Source: Eukaryota sp. GEM-RC1
Lineage: Eukaryota
DNA: 64,000 bases
Reading direction: 5' to 3'
NCBI GenBank assembly: GCA_040285855.1
Contig: JAUFOQ010000003.1
Span: forward strand, 124,001 to 188,000
Below, piece after piece: positions 24,621 through 36,641 of the stretch (positions within the stretch are counted from its first letter, which is position 1; each line of letters opens with the position of its first letter). The notes beneath the pieces were generated by a model. It did no database searches. It saw only the letters and a list, made by a program, of their open reading frames with translations, and had not been told where the DNA came from. The position numbers and the translations under genes were made by a program.

Positions 24621-27600
24621 ATGACCCAAAACAATTCAGCACTCAAAAGAGTCGCATTTATTGCATATATTTCTGCATTTATTCGTTTGTTTCACTTTAT
24701 CTAGTCTAAAGTGAAACAAACGACTAGTCTCATAGTAGAGTTTTGGTCATTTGCCTTCATAGAGGAGATCTATAAACATCTTCCTACAGCCAATGCCATC
24801 TTAGTCTTCTTAACCTACCTCCAGTTCTATTTTCAGACAGAGACACAGTCTTCCAGTTCTATGTCTTCAATATCCTCGCATGTTTCATAGTCGTGGTTGT
24901 ACTTCTTCTTTCACTTCACGTTGGACAGTGTTTCAAGAGTGGCATCTTTACCTCTCTCTGGTCAGTCCGTCTTCTTCGTCTCTTAGGTCTTGCTTTCCTC
25001 TCAGTTCTCTTCATCCCCACTCTACAACTCCTACTCAATCCTCTCAACTGTATATCCTCTGAGTACCTTGCTGGTCATGTTCTCCATGATTTCTATCCAG
25101 AAGTGACTCTATATTGCTATCATTTCCCTTTTCTCTGTTACGTGATCTCTCTTGCTTGTGTCCTCATCATTGTTCCCTTTGCCTGCCTTCTCTCTAGTCT
25201 TCTTCAATGCTAATATTTCTGCTGATGATATCCTAGCTAGACCTCATGGACGTTTTGACTTTGCACTTCAAGTGTCCAAAATATTTTTAGTTGTATCCCA
25301 AATATGTTTAGTCAATGTCAGAACACGCTCGGTGACGTTTTTCTTCATCTTTTCATCATGTATAAGAGCTTCAACTTCTACACTCCTTATTATAAGCGGT
25401 TTACTAACTCTTTCTTTGCGTTTTTGTATTTTAGCGCATTTTACACGTCTTTATTCACTTTAATTATGTCTTTTTCAGAAGTGTCTGATTCTGAATTTAC
25501 TTGGGCTTTTCCATTTGCCAATTTTTTAAAATTGAATATTTCTGTTTTTGTTGTTTCAATTCTGTTCTATGTATTTTCCATTTTTGGTAATATTTTTGCT
25601 GTATATCGTTGTTATCGCAACCTTCTATGCTTAAATATTATTGATGCACGTAAAATCGTCAAAAATGTTCATAAATTGAAATCCAAAAGAATTGATCCTT
25701 CGAGAATTCTTTCTCTTGCTGCTGGTTATCAGCCTCCAATAGATTTACTTGTAACAACTGCTTCTCCGCTTCAAAACACCTCTAATCACCCTGAATCTTG
25801 TCTTTGCACAACTTGTTCTTCAATGGTTGGTATGTTTAAGTCTGTATTTGATGTAGAGTTGTCAGCAAGGTTGTATTTAAACAAAGCTACTTCAGTTGTT
25901 AAACAAGAAAATGATCTTGACGAACTAGAAGCTTGTATAGATGAGTTGATTGCTTGTGGAATTGTTGTCTTTATTCATGGATGCCAATCATTTTCAATCA
26001 CAAATTGTCGTGATTACGCTTTTATTTCATTATTTTTTAAAAGTTCGGTTGGTCAGCTACGACCTGCTTGGTCTAATCAGTTACTGGAAATATTATGTCC
26101 AGGCGACAATCAGTTTGAATCACATTCATTACCCATAGATCTTCATTTTTTAAAATTTGTTGAAGAACGAGAAACTGTTCGAGCCCAATCGAAAACTCCT
26201 AGACATCAGAACTTGATATCGTCATCACTTTCCAAAATGGAAATTGAAGTAGATCCATCTAGTAAGATGAGTATCGTGGAGTACCTTGACTTCCAACGAC
26301 TTTCTTTCCAAGCACGTATGTTCCAGTTACTAACAATAGAAGAGCTCAGGAGATTCTGGTATTTCTTATTAGAAGGGTCTACTTCTGGGTCAGTAACTCA
26401 CATTCAACGACTTCCTGCCATTTCTAGTAGAATTGTCGAGTATGAAACTGAAGCCAGCGGATATTTTGATAGTTTTATCACGAGGTTTTCCTATAATCCT
26501 GTTGTTTATCGTCAAGCTGACCAATTCGCTAGAGATGTCCTTGCTGATGATTCAACTGGCCTCTAAACTTGAGTCCTCAGGTCTCTTGGCTTCCAGCTCC
26601 TGTAGGTGGTGATGGTAAGTCTGTCGCTGGGTCTGGAGCTGGGTCAGTAGCTAACTCTGTAGCCAATACCAATAGTGATGGGTCTATTCTAGGTAATGAA
26701 GAGAAAACTGCAAGGGAAACTTTGCTGGTTGGTGATTCCAGTCACGATGGTATATCTACTAAGGCTAGGTTTTACTTAAGATTATTGTCTTATGGCCTAA
26801 TTTCTTCAGCAATACTATTATTTCTACTTCATTCAAGTCTTATCACTAGTTATCAAGATCATATATCTGCTCATGAATCTCTAACTAAGTTAAACTATCA
26901 AACGGGTTTCGTGCAGGCTCTTGGTTCGGTTCCCTCTAGTCGTTATGACTTACTTAACTTTACTGTACTTTCTGAGTCTTCAAGAACTATTAGGGATTTG
27001 TTACCAGTGGCTTTCAGGCGATCTTCTTCTGTTAATCAGTATTGGAGAACTTCTGTTAAAGATCTAATTGACTTTGATCATTACTTGGAGTTTTCTAGGT
27101 TTTCATTAGAGTTAACTTTTTATGATTTGTTTCGTGAGATTTCTCGAGAAGTCTTGAATGTGCAATCACTGACAAAACCCAATCAAATCACGTTATTCAC
27201 AGATTTGTCGAATTTGTTTGAATTTTATCTGTTCCCAGGATTTTTAAAGCAATTAACTCCCGATCTTCAATCATCACGTTTGATTTTGAGCGTGTTTGTT
27301 CTATCATTGTTGATCTTCTGTATTGCTCTCAGTGTAATCACTTTGGTTAAATTGACTCGTTTTCAATATGCTTTACTGAGCTCAATCAATATCGTGCGTC
27401 TGCCATGGGAAGTTTCCTAGAGATCGGCAGGTCAGTTGCTCAAAAAGAGCTCAAAAAATATGATGATATTGCTAAAAGATCTGGAATTCAAGGTAATTAC
27501 TCGTCCAAGTTTGATGCAATGTCTAATCAAACTGAGTTGAGCTCAACTGCTCGAGCTAAAATTCTGTTAGGGGAAGGTGTAACATCAAGCAAAAATTTGG

Positions 27601-28906
27601 AAAAAGTTGAACAACCTCTTTACTTTGACTCTTGTATCTATTGTTACATTTGTTCTAGTATTTTCCCTTCTGTTCTTGAATCAAATTAGAGTGACTAATC
27701 CAATGATGGAGAATTTTGAAGATTCACACTCCCTTATTACACAAAATTCTCTAATTTTTTCAAATACTATGACCAATTCCTCAAACACTCACACTTATTT
27801 AAATAATGTTGTTTTTAAATTAAACAGTCTTTTCAGCAGTCGCCTTGTTTTAGATACTTCCTCCTCTTTTTGTTCTCCTGATACTTTCAATCTCAATGAC
27901 TTTGACTTGAGTATTCCCTCTTATACAACGCTTCTCTCCTTAGAATCTGCGGCTTCTGACTTCTACTTCTCCCCTACAAGCTGTGTAGCTGTCAATGACT
28001 CGACATGTCCGAGTTTAACTAACCGTGAACAATTTAGTTTATATTACTATAATTGGTTCTTTTTAGCTCAAAAAAAGAACCAAAAGTTCAATCTGCAAAT
28101 GTTAATCTAGTTTATTTTGATTTTGTCAATTCTTTTGGTATACACACCCTTCTTTATTTGGATCTTAATTAGTGTCACTCTGGTGCTCCTTCGTTATTTC
28201 TTTCAGTTTATACGTCACTTTTTCAGTCGTCAACTCGATTTTCTGAAATCATGGTTCAATTTTCTGTAGATTCTCTAACTGAGTTTTCTAACGTACGACT
28301 AACTTCAATTCTGTTTATCATTACCATAATTGTTCTTCGTTACACCTTCTTTTCATCTATTTCCAACAAAATCTTTTCTGATAGTATTTCTACTCGTCGT
28401 ATGCTCAAAATGGTCCCAGCTGAATGTCGAGATCAAAATCTGATTTCCTGGGATTCATCTCTTGAAATCGGAATTGATTGGGTTGACTCTCAGCATAAAG
28501 TTCTCTGTGATATCATGAATACTATTTATAAGGGTGCAATTGTTAATGCTAAAAGTAAGAAATTCCGTGGCGATGCTCTTTTCGATTATTACAGTATACT
28601 AAAAATCATTTTGCTGCTGAGGAAGCTTTCTTTGATACAACGGATTATCCTGGAGCTCAATCTCACAAAGCTTATCATCGAAAACTCGAAGGACAAGTAT
28701 TGATTTTTTGTGACAAATTTGAAAAGGGAGAAACCCAGATTGACATGTCGTTGATGACGTTTTTGAGGAATTGGCTTTTGAATCATTATCTTAAATCTCA
28801 TCGTGCTTATGTTCATTGGCATAACGACAAGAAATATAAGGGAACAATTGAACTACCATCTGCTACTGATGGAGAAAGTGTAATTGTATTAGTAGAAGGT
28901 GAATAG
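24621..28906 (+). CDS. TmcB/TmcC-like polytopic membrane protein with C-terminal hemerythrin domain; multiply frameshifted
   Basis: Many TM segments; TmcB-type region (EYLDF...RRFWYFLL...YRQ..QF..DV..D); C-terminus WDSSLEIGIDWVDSQHK...NHFAAEE...YP....HKAYH...WLLNH once a frameshift near 28590 is bridged. At least seven frame changes between ORF segments; the start is approximate. Confidence 0.7.
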
Positions 28907-29235
28907 TTTAAATAATGACACTTATTTAACGTACCTCAAACATAAACTGATCTATTTCGGCCTTATATTAAATCTCTGTGGGACTAAATGTTATGAACAG
29001 CATGAGTGTAGTTACATGAAGCCTTTTTGTTTTGAATTGTACCTCAATTCACATACAATCTATTGTTTATTAGTTTTGTGTCAATACTAGTCTTTGATTC
29101 GCCAAAAAAAAGAAAGAAAGAAAAGAAAAGAATCACTATCATTAAAATGACAATGCAGACACGCTTTCAAAATAGATCAGATATATATACATCAAAATTT
29201 ATTAAAACGAGAAACAATACAAGTTTCGCAAAAAT

Positions 29236-30561
29236 TTAAATTTCATTTAAATCAGTTCTTGGCTTTGGTGCTTGAACATCAGGTACATCCAACTTATTGA
29301 TTTGATTGGTTGACGTTTCCAATGACTTGGCAACTGCTGCAATCACAAAGAAATCAGCCATTGAGTTCAACGCACTTCTCATAGCGTCCATTAAAAACTC
29401 CAAAGTGAACATTGTTAGGAATCCTGGAGCTGACTCAGGAGCCATCACACTAAGCAAAGAGAAAGTTAATCCAAAACCAGCAGTTGCTCCAGATAAACCA
29501 ATAAAAAGGAGATTTCCAAACAACAAGAGATAGACAAAATCACCAAAAGAAGGACCATCGCCAAAGAGTTTGAGAGAGATTAAAGAGAACAAAACACCGT
29601 AGAAAACACTTCCAGGAACGTTTAACACGGCTGAAATTGGAACTAACAACTCACGCACGTGAGGGTCAACATTCATTTCCTTTTCCATTGTTGATAACGT
29701 GATAGGGACAGTCGTGATGCTAGATCTAGTAGCAAAAGCAAAGATTGGTGAGTTCTGAATCTTGAACAAGAACTGGAAAGGATTATCCTTAGTCAAGATC
29801 CAATAAAAGGCTGGCCAGATAACTACAGCTAAGATTGCCCATCCAACAATGAATGAGTTGAGTATTGCTCCCCAGGAAAGCTCATTACTAGCAAAGGCAG
29901 TGAAGACGAGGCAGAAGACGACGGCAGTGGGAATGAGGCAAGAAACATCAAAAACAAAGGAATTGAAGAAGACGGTGGTTCGAGCGAGAATGTTTTCAGT
30001 GGCATTGTAAGAGAGATGATGGATGGTAAGTCCTATGAGAATGGAGAAGAAGATGATGGAAGCGAAGTTGTGGTTGATGAGGGTGGTGAGGAAGGAGGGA
30101 CGGACGAAGTTGCGAACGACAGCAGTGAGAGCATCAATGTATCCAGTGAAGAGTGGAGCAGGGGCAAAGTCAGGAGGGGGGAAGGAGGGATTTTCGTAGA
30201 AGGAAGAGAAGATGAAGTAGACAACAACAGCTAGGACCGCAGAGATCGTGTGCCCGATGTAGACATACAATAGATAGCGCAACGTGAATTTGAGGTTCTT
30301 TCCAGTTCTACAGACATCAATAACGTTTGAGGCAATGAGGGCCACAATGTAGAACGCAATGATACTTGTGATGATATTAGACCACACAACACCAGGGAGC
30401 TCGACAAGGTGTAAGAAGTCGGGAGAAATCTCCCACTTTGTCAAGACCCATGAAGTGACAGCACCAAGAATGATCGCAACGACTAAGATAACAACCGATC
30501 TGATAGCTGCATCCTGTTCGCGGAATGGAAATACCTTTTCTGCAGTTCGAGTTAAAGTCAT
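29236..30561 (-). CDS. dicarboxylate/amino acid:cation symporter (DAACS/SLC1 family)
   Basis: Intact 441-aa hydrophobic ORF with FATRSS..TVP, LNVPG and DAMRSALN motifs. Confidence 0.88.
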   Translation of the reverse strand: MTLTRTAEKVFPFREQDAAIRSVVILVVAIILGAVTSWVLTKWEISPDFLHLVELPGVVWSNIITSIIAFYIVALIASNVIDVCRTGKNLKFTLRYLLYVYIGHTISAVLAVVVYFIFSSFYENPSFPPPDFAPAPLFTGYIDALTAVVRNFVRPSFLTTLINHNFASIIFFSILIGLTIHHLSYNATENILARTTVFFNSFVFDVSCLIPTAVVFCLVFTAFASNELSWGAILNSFIVGWAILAVVIWPAFYWILTKDNPFQFLFKIQNSPIFAFATRSSITTVPITLSTMEKEMNVDPHVRELLVPISAVLNVPGSVFYGVLFSLISLKLFGDGPSFGDFVYLLLFGNLLFIGLSGATAGFGLTFSLLSVMAPESAPGFLTMFTLEFLMDAMRSALNSMADFFVIAAVAKSLETSTNQINKLDVPDVQAPKPRTDLNEI

Positions 30562-30586
30562 TAAGTCATTAATCTCAGTACAAGAA

Positions 30587-32709
30587 CAGGGACTGGCAAC
30601 AATTTATTGGTATTGCAATAAATTGGTATTGCCAATAGTTTTTATTGATTGCAACCCATTTTCCAATATTTTTCCAATACCAATATATTGCCAATAATTC
30701 ATCACGTCAACAAAGTGCCAACTTTTTCGAAAATAAATGTTTCAAATTGTTGAAAGGTGTATGTTTCCAAAGAAACGTTAATTCTTAAGAAAAATGGAAT
30801 TGACAACAACGCTCTTTGAAGCGTCCTTTTCTCCATCCCTTGAGTTTATGAGTCAACAAAACATCACCAACAAGGATATCGCCGAATTCTTTTCAAAATG
30901 AAAGAACCAGTCCCAGATAGTCCAATGTCACCATCAGGTAAGAAGCAGGAAGTTTGGGTCTGCCAGATTCCCTGACTGTGAGAGCCAAAGAACACGTGCT
31001 ACCGGAACGGGTTGGACAAATCTTGCTAACCACATCATCAATTCTCACAAGAATTGGAAAGAACTGTTCCTGAATCCCGAGAGTGGCCAATTACGCTTGA
31101 CCCAGAACCTTGTATTGAAAGACAAAGCCTACACTATCTACAAATGGCTTGAATGGGTTATGTGCTCCAATATTCCCTACAACTTTGTCGACGCTAAGCT
31201 CACTCGTGAAAATTCGGTTCATCCAAAAACAAGTTCCAGCTCATTGAAAGCATATGGTGCGTTGCTTGTTGCAGAGCTAGAAACTAAAATAGGATCACTT
31301 CTCGAACAATTCGGACTTATATTCGATACTTGGCAAGAGGACTGCTCTGAATTGCACTACCTAGGTGTTTATGCTGTCAGGCCAGTTTCACCTAAACTGA
31401 TACTTCTGGGAACGTTTCCGTTTCATCTCGATGATGAAACCGCTGCTGACGATGGAACTGCTGATATCGACACAACGGTCGCCTACTTTGGTGTCGATGG
31501 AACTATATCTTTGTTGGAAGAGATACTTGCTAGGTATGGAAAGTGTACGAGAGATGCTAGCTTTCTGGTTTCAGACAACTGTCCTACAAACTACGCCATA
31601 GCCAGAGCTTTGAACTTGCCCTTAATTGGTTGCGCTGCTCATCGTTTCCAATTTGGAAGTGAAACGTATTCTGATTTCTCATGAGTCAGCTCTTCGAAAA
31701 CTTGACTCGGTTATGTCCAAGTTGAAAACCGCAAAACGAACGCTCCTTCTCCGCACCATGACAAAAGTCAGACCTGTACGCCGCAACGTAACTCGATGGA
31801 GCTCAACTTACAAATTGATTAAGCGCTACTTTGAACTGCTACCCTTTATTAGACGCTTTGATGAGGAACTGTTAATGCTTCTTCCCACTCCCATTGAAGA
31901 ACTCAATTTGCAAAGGTTGATGGAAAGTTGCGAGACCACTCTGTCTTCATGTACAGTTATGCTCCAGCAGGAAGAATTGAATCTAAGTCAAGCCAATGAT
32001 ATTTTCACAGTTTTCCACCAGGACTTCCCTGAACATGTTCTCTATACCACTTATCCTCTCCCGAGACAATGTTCTATAAGACCATCAGTATTAGAGGTTG
32101 CCGTGATCAAAGTATTGAACTCAGAGCTCGATTCGCTCACGCCTGAAGAACGCTCAGTTTTACATCCCTTTGAAGTTGAACAAAGCTTATCTGATTTGCC
32201 ATTAGGAAGACTTTTCTCTGATAGAGTCAAGCAACTTTCATCAATCCGTAGAAGCGTTGCTTTATACCAAGACCTTTCTTGGATTCCATCAACCTCTGTT
32301 GTAGTAGAGCGACTATTTTCTCGTGCCAGACTTTCTCTCGGCATGCTAAGACATAATTTATCCTCATCTAGGTTGCACATGGAGCTGTTTCTGAGGGCCA
32401 ATTATGAGTTGTGGGATGTCAACACAGTTCGACGGGCGTTGAAGAGAGCTCCATCTGTTATAGTGGACGTTGAAGAAAGTGATTGAAGATCTTTTAATTA
32501 TAGTTTTTATTTGAGTTTTCTCTTGTGATCAGAGAGACTTATAAACGTTAAGTATATATTCAATCTACCTAAATTTGTGGTACTTTGATAGATGTGTTTT
32601 GACCGTTTTATTGGTCCAATATATTGCAATATATTGGACCAATACCAATATTGATTGGTGTTCAAATTTTCGTAGCAATAGTATTGCAATAAATTGTTGC
32701 CAGTCCCTG
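30587..32709 (+). mobile_element. full-length hAT DNA transposon with 23-bp perfect TIRs and 9-bp TSD
   Basis: CAGGGACTGGCAACAATTTATTG at 30587-30609 and its exact inverse at 32687-32709; GTACAAGAA at 30578-30586 and 32710-32718. Confidence 0.95.
30848..32486 (+). CDS. hAT transposase (two single-base frameshifts, near 30892 and 31650)
   Basis: BED-like finger (WVC...C...GWTNL..H....H), DTW, SDN, CAAH, TRWSS and the dimerisation motif PSTSVVVERLFS. Confidence 0.9.
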
Positions 32710-33005
32710 GTACAAGAATAATCTCCCTGTTACTTGACTATTTTTTGGGTTGTGTAACAAAATTAACAAGGACATAATAAGTTTCTTAATGTATCTTGAT
32801 CTGATACATCATTAGGTTCGTATTCGTTGTCAAATGTATCATATGAGACCTTGTTTGGAAACACAATTCGTTGACCTTCCATCCATTCATTACACACCCG
32901 CACAAAACCATTCTGGAAAAAGTGATGAAAAATACCAGAAAGAAATACATTTTTTTTGTATAAATCGAAGCACATAAATCTAGAACCACCAAACTACTTC
33001 AGAAA

Positions 33006-33105
33006 CGGGGGGCTAGTATTAGGCATTTTACTAGCCTAACCCTTCGTGGCTAGTATTAGAGAAGGGCTAGTAATAGGGCAGGGCTAGTATTAGGTTAATT
33101 AGAAT
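33006..33105. repeat. GCTAGTA(T/A)TAG repeats, probable right end of a DNA transposon
   Basis: Four copies of GGCTAGTAWTAG within 100 bp; no matching left end was identified. Confidence 0.5.
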
Positions 33106-33116
33106 ATGGTTTATTG

Positions 33117-34778
33117 CAGTGATGTACAAAAATAGCGTACCGTACACTATTTGCCGTATACTACCGTAAAATACGGTACGGCACTGTACTCGGTATCCGT
33201 AAAATACGGTAACTGTCAAAATACGGTAATTATTTACGGCAAATGTTGCAGTAGTGAGAACATAAAATACTCTTTTGTATACGCCGTAAATCGAAACAGC
33301 AAAGCATTCTTGATCATTTTCATGAGTTCTGTAACAACTGAGCCATTCTTTGTTGCCCTAGTACTTGAAAGAAGAGAATTGACTGGGTCGGACACGTGAC
33401 AAAAGCTGAAATACTTAGAAGCTTGTACAACCTTATTGTTTTAATTAATGAAATGTGATAATCCTGCTAAGACAACTTGAAAAACCGTATTATGTTGATC
33501 ATCGTCATCGTTTGAAGTGGACACCTTTAAGACGTCAACTTTTTCTTCTCTACATAAAAATTGTTGGACACTGTTGACACCGTTCTGCATGCAGGTCATT
33601 CAGAAGAATATCAACATACCCATTCTGATTAGTGGTGGATCATGGTTTTGATCTTTATTTGCTCTTAGTTTTGGAGTTTCAATTATAAACATATTTTTCC
33701 GTATTTCGCGTATTCTCACTTCGTTTCAAACTTGCCGTAAAATACGGCAACTGTAAAAATACGGAAATAATGTACGGCAAACTTGAAAAGTTACCGTATT
33801 TACGGTAGAGCTGTCAACGGCTTGAGCCGAATGGTTTGGCTTGAAAAATTCCAAACTGGTTCGGCTTTGGCTTGAGCCATTTGAGTAAGCCGAACTAAAG
33901 TGACAAGTCGACTTGAAGCCGAGCCAAGTCGATATTTTTTCGGCTTGAACAAACAAATATTTTGTAATTGTTTCTATTGATGAAACTCATCACAAACTAC
34001 TGTCGTTTTAATACAAAGGTGGATGAATGCCTCGATGTCTTGTGAATCTCAAGAATGAGCAGATTCATCGTTTTCGTCATCACTACAATAAACTAATTCA
34101 TATCCATAATTGAGCCAATCCTTTAAGTATTAACGAAGTTAAAGATTCGTCGTCAAGTGATGATCTTTTTTTGTGCTTGATATGGTTAGTAACGGAAAAA
34201 ACCCTTTCACAGGGAATTGAAATCACATAAATGATCAGAAAATCTCTGTCAAAGAAGGATACTCTTTACTGTGCAATTTCCACTGTACAAGCGGACATGA
34301 TTTAATATCGTTTGGATACAAACTCTTGTACCTTTGAAATTGATCTTCTTCCACTATAACCTCATGACCATCTGGGCAGTGATGGGAAACGTAAGAATCC
34401 TCGGTGATTTTTCAGTCATGAGAGAGTAGCAGTAAATCTACAATAGTAAGAATTTAATCAGTAACGATCACAATTATGAGTGCGCTAGCGGTATTTCTAT
34501 AACTTTTTGTATTTGTTTGTACGTCTTATGAATCGATGTATGTAATGAACTTGGTCAACTTGTTCATTTATTTTTTATATTGTTCGAAGTAAGTTCAAGC
34601 CGCGGCTTGAGCCGAATGGCTTGGCTTGGAGAAATCCAAACTGGTTCGGCTTTGGCTTGAGCCATTTGAGTAAGCCGAACCAAATTTCGATATGACTTGG
34701 CGCAAGTCGTTCGGTTTACGGCTTGAGCCGAACCGCTTGACAGCTCTAATTTACGGCTACTATTTTTGTACATCAGTG
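33117..34778. mobile_element. hAT-type non-autonomous element
   Basis: TIR CAGTGATGTACAAAAATAG / CTATTTTTGTACATCAGTG; 8-bp TSD GTTTATTG at 33109-33116 and 34779-34786; TACGG/CCGTA repeats. Confidence 0.9.
33806..34748 (-). mobile_element. nested hAT deletion derivative
   Basis: TIR TAGAGCTGTCAA / TTGACAGCTCTA; 8-bp TSD ATTTACGG at 33798-33805 and 34749-34756; minus-strand remnant SIPCERVFS of the dimerisation domain near 34200. Confidence 0.9.
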
Positions 34779-34854
34779 GTTTATTGCAACTAGAATTCTT
34801 TTCTTTTGAGAAACTACCCTACATACCAAAAGCATACCAGCTTATATTGACATA

Positions 34855-36285
34855 ATGGATCCCAGGCAGTTTCATTTACAGCAACCACATGGGCAGTATA
34901 CAATGCAGCAATACCCTCCTATCCACCACCAACTTCTCCAAGCAACCAATGTCTATCAGCAACAGCAACAACAACAGCCTCAATTTTTCCATGACGAAGA
35001 GCAGTCACATCACTCAGGGTCACAACATCCTGGAGATTATCGACCTTCTCCGAGACATAGCCGTGGATCAACTCACCGTCGTCGGGGTAGAACCTCTCAT
35101 TGGAAAGAATCTCGCGACGTGAGAGAACAACCAGAGTTTAAAGAGGACCGCAACCAGGGATCAATAATTGGTCGATGTTTTGAACGTTTTGCAGATGAGA
35201 TGTCTCTATCCGAGCTACATCGTCTATATCCAGACTTGTTTGTTGCTTACCAGTTCAGTTTTAGCGTCAATCGCTTCATCAAAGATTCTCTCCCAATACC
35301 ACTATCTGAAGACCAGTTTGATGTTGTCCCTAGTTTGGTGATGTCAGAGCACATGAGTACACCTCGGACTTCTCTAGAAGTCAACAACTCCTCAAACTCT
35401 CTAGAACCTCCTGTACAGTATCAGCCCACGTTCTTCCAATCACAAGGCAAAAGACAAATCTATCGAGTGTCTCTATTGTTGTTCTCATGTAGTGATGATA
35501 TGCCTGATTCAAGTCTGATGGATTCAGTTAACATCCTCTCAGCCAATTCAATGGGAAAACTAAAAACCCCAATGCTACCTAATATCTGGATTCAAGATTC
35601 AGATCATGAAGTCCCAACTGAAGAAGACTTTAACAACGCTGGTCAACAGTTACTACAAAGTCTATGTCCCTCGCTGTCACTAACAAACGTTCCCCTAGTC
35701 AGACTATGTGATATAGTCTACCACAGACCTTTTCACTGTAACACGTGGCATAAGTCAGGCTGGCATTCGGTCCCCACTGTCAAGGAAAGCTATTCTGAAA
35801 CCTTGATTGTATTTGCTTGTCCAACCTCAATACTTTCGCCTTTCTTACCTCCTTCAGTATCTGCATTCACTGTTCAAAACTCTGGATTTTCTGATGGCCT
35901 TCATGGATCTGTTTCCTTTGAAGTCAATACACTGACAAAAAGTCTTGGGTTTTCTTTATCCAATATGAACCAGTCTTATTTCGAATTAAACCTTGCTTGT
36001 ATTCATCTCAAGGATGTTTTAATTCGAGATGCTGCCATGGTTGTTGGTCGTTGTCTTTCTAAAGCGTGTAAACGAAGATTAATGGATACTGATGAATCTT
36101 TGAAAGGAGTTTTGGAAGCTTGTTTGAAGTTCTTTGATGCATCGAAATGTGGATTCTTGAAACCTGATCAATTAGCCTTCGTACTGACTGCATTTGGATG
36201 TCCGAAGTATATTGCAGAACAACTTACTATGTCAGTTGATGTCAACAAGCTCAATAAGATTGATGTGAACACATTTTTCCCCTAA
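34855..36285 (+). CDS. CCAR1/DBC1-like protein
   Basis: Intact 476-aa ORF: Q-rich N-terminus, L.RLYPDLFV, DIVYHR, FE..LA....D.L.RD and EF-hand-like FFD.S.CGFL motifs. Confidence 0.65.
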   Translation: MDPRQFHLQQPHGQYTMQQYPPIHHQLLQATNVYQQQQQQQPQFFHDEEQSHHSGSQHPGDYRPSPRHSRGSTHRRRGRTSHWKESRDVREQPEFKEDRNQGSIIGRCFERFADEMSLSELHRLYPDLFVAYQFSFSVNRFIKDSLPIPLSEDQFDVVPSLVMSEHMSTPRTSLEVNNSSNSLEPPVQYQPTFFQSQGKRQIYRVSLLLFSCSDDMPDSSLMDSVNILSANSMGKLKTPMLPNIWIQDSDHEVPTEEDFNNAGQQLLQSLCPSLSLTNVPLVRLCDIVYHRPFHCNTWHKSGWHSVPTVKESYSETLIVFACPTSILSPFLPPSVSAFTVQNSGFSDGLHGSVSFEVNTLTKSLGFSLSNMNQSYFELNLACIHLKDVLIRDAAMVVGRCLSKACKRRLMDTDESLKGVLEACLKFFDASKCGFLKPDQLAFVLTAFGCPKYIAEQLTMSVDVNKLNKIDVNTFFP

Positions 36286-36616
36286 ATTAATTGTGTTTGT
36301 TGTAATTATAAATTAAATTGAATTTGAAAACCTTTGCTAGCAAATACTACATGCAGTTTAATCTTCGGAGCAAGGTGGCTCTGTCAGAGTCTCCAAATCG
36401 TTGGTATTTCATCTTAATTTCCTACCGTTCCAGTAAAGCTTTATTTATTAATACACATATCAAGCACCTTAACCTGTTGAAGATCGAAGTGTTCGAAATC
36501 TTGACTTATATCAATAGATTCGTATTTTGCAATCTAAAGATTATATATGATTATCATATTATTTATTCGAAAATTGGTTTGTCCTGATGACTATGAATCT
36601 TAGCCACCATTTTGTA

Positions 36617-36641
36617 GCTGAGGTGTTCGAGTTGGTTAAGG
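36617..36641 (+). pseudogene. tRNA-Leu 5' fragment (outer pair)
   Basis: GCTGAGGTGTTCGAGTTGGTTAAGG is similar to nt 1-25 of the intact tRNA and includes the A-box region. Confidence 0.75.

Noticed and set aside
33117..33900. CRISPR-like array from TACGG and GGCTTGAGCC repeats
   Set aside because: Short, irregularly spaced motifs inside TIR/TSD-bounded elements; no cas genes; eukaryotic context.
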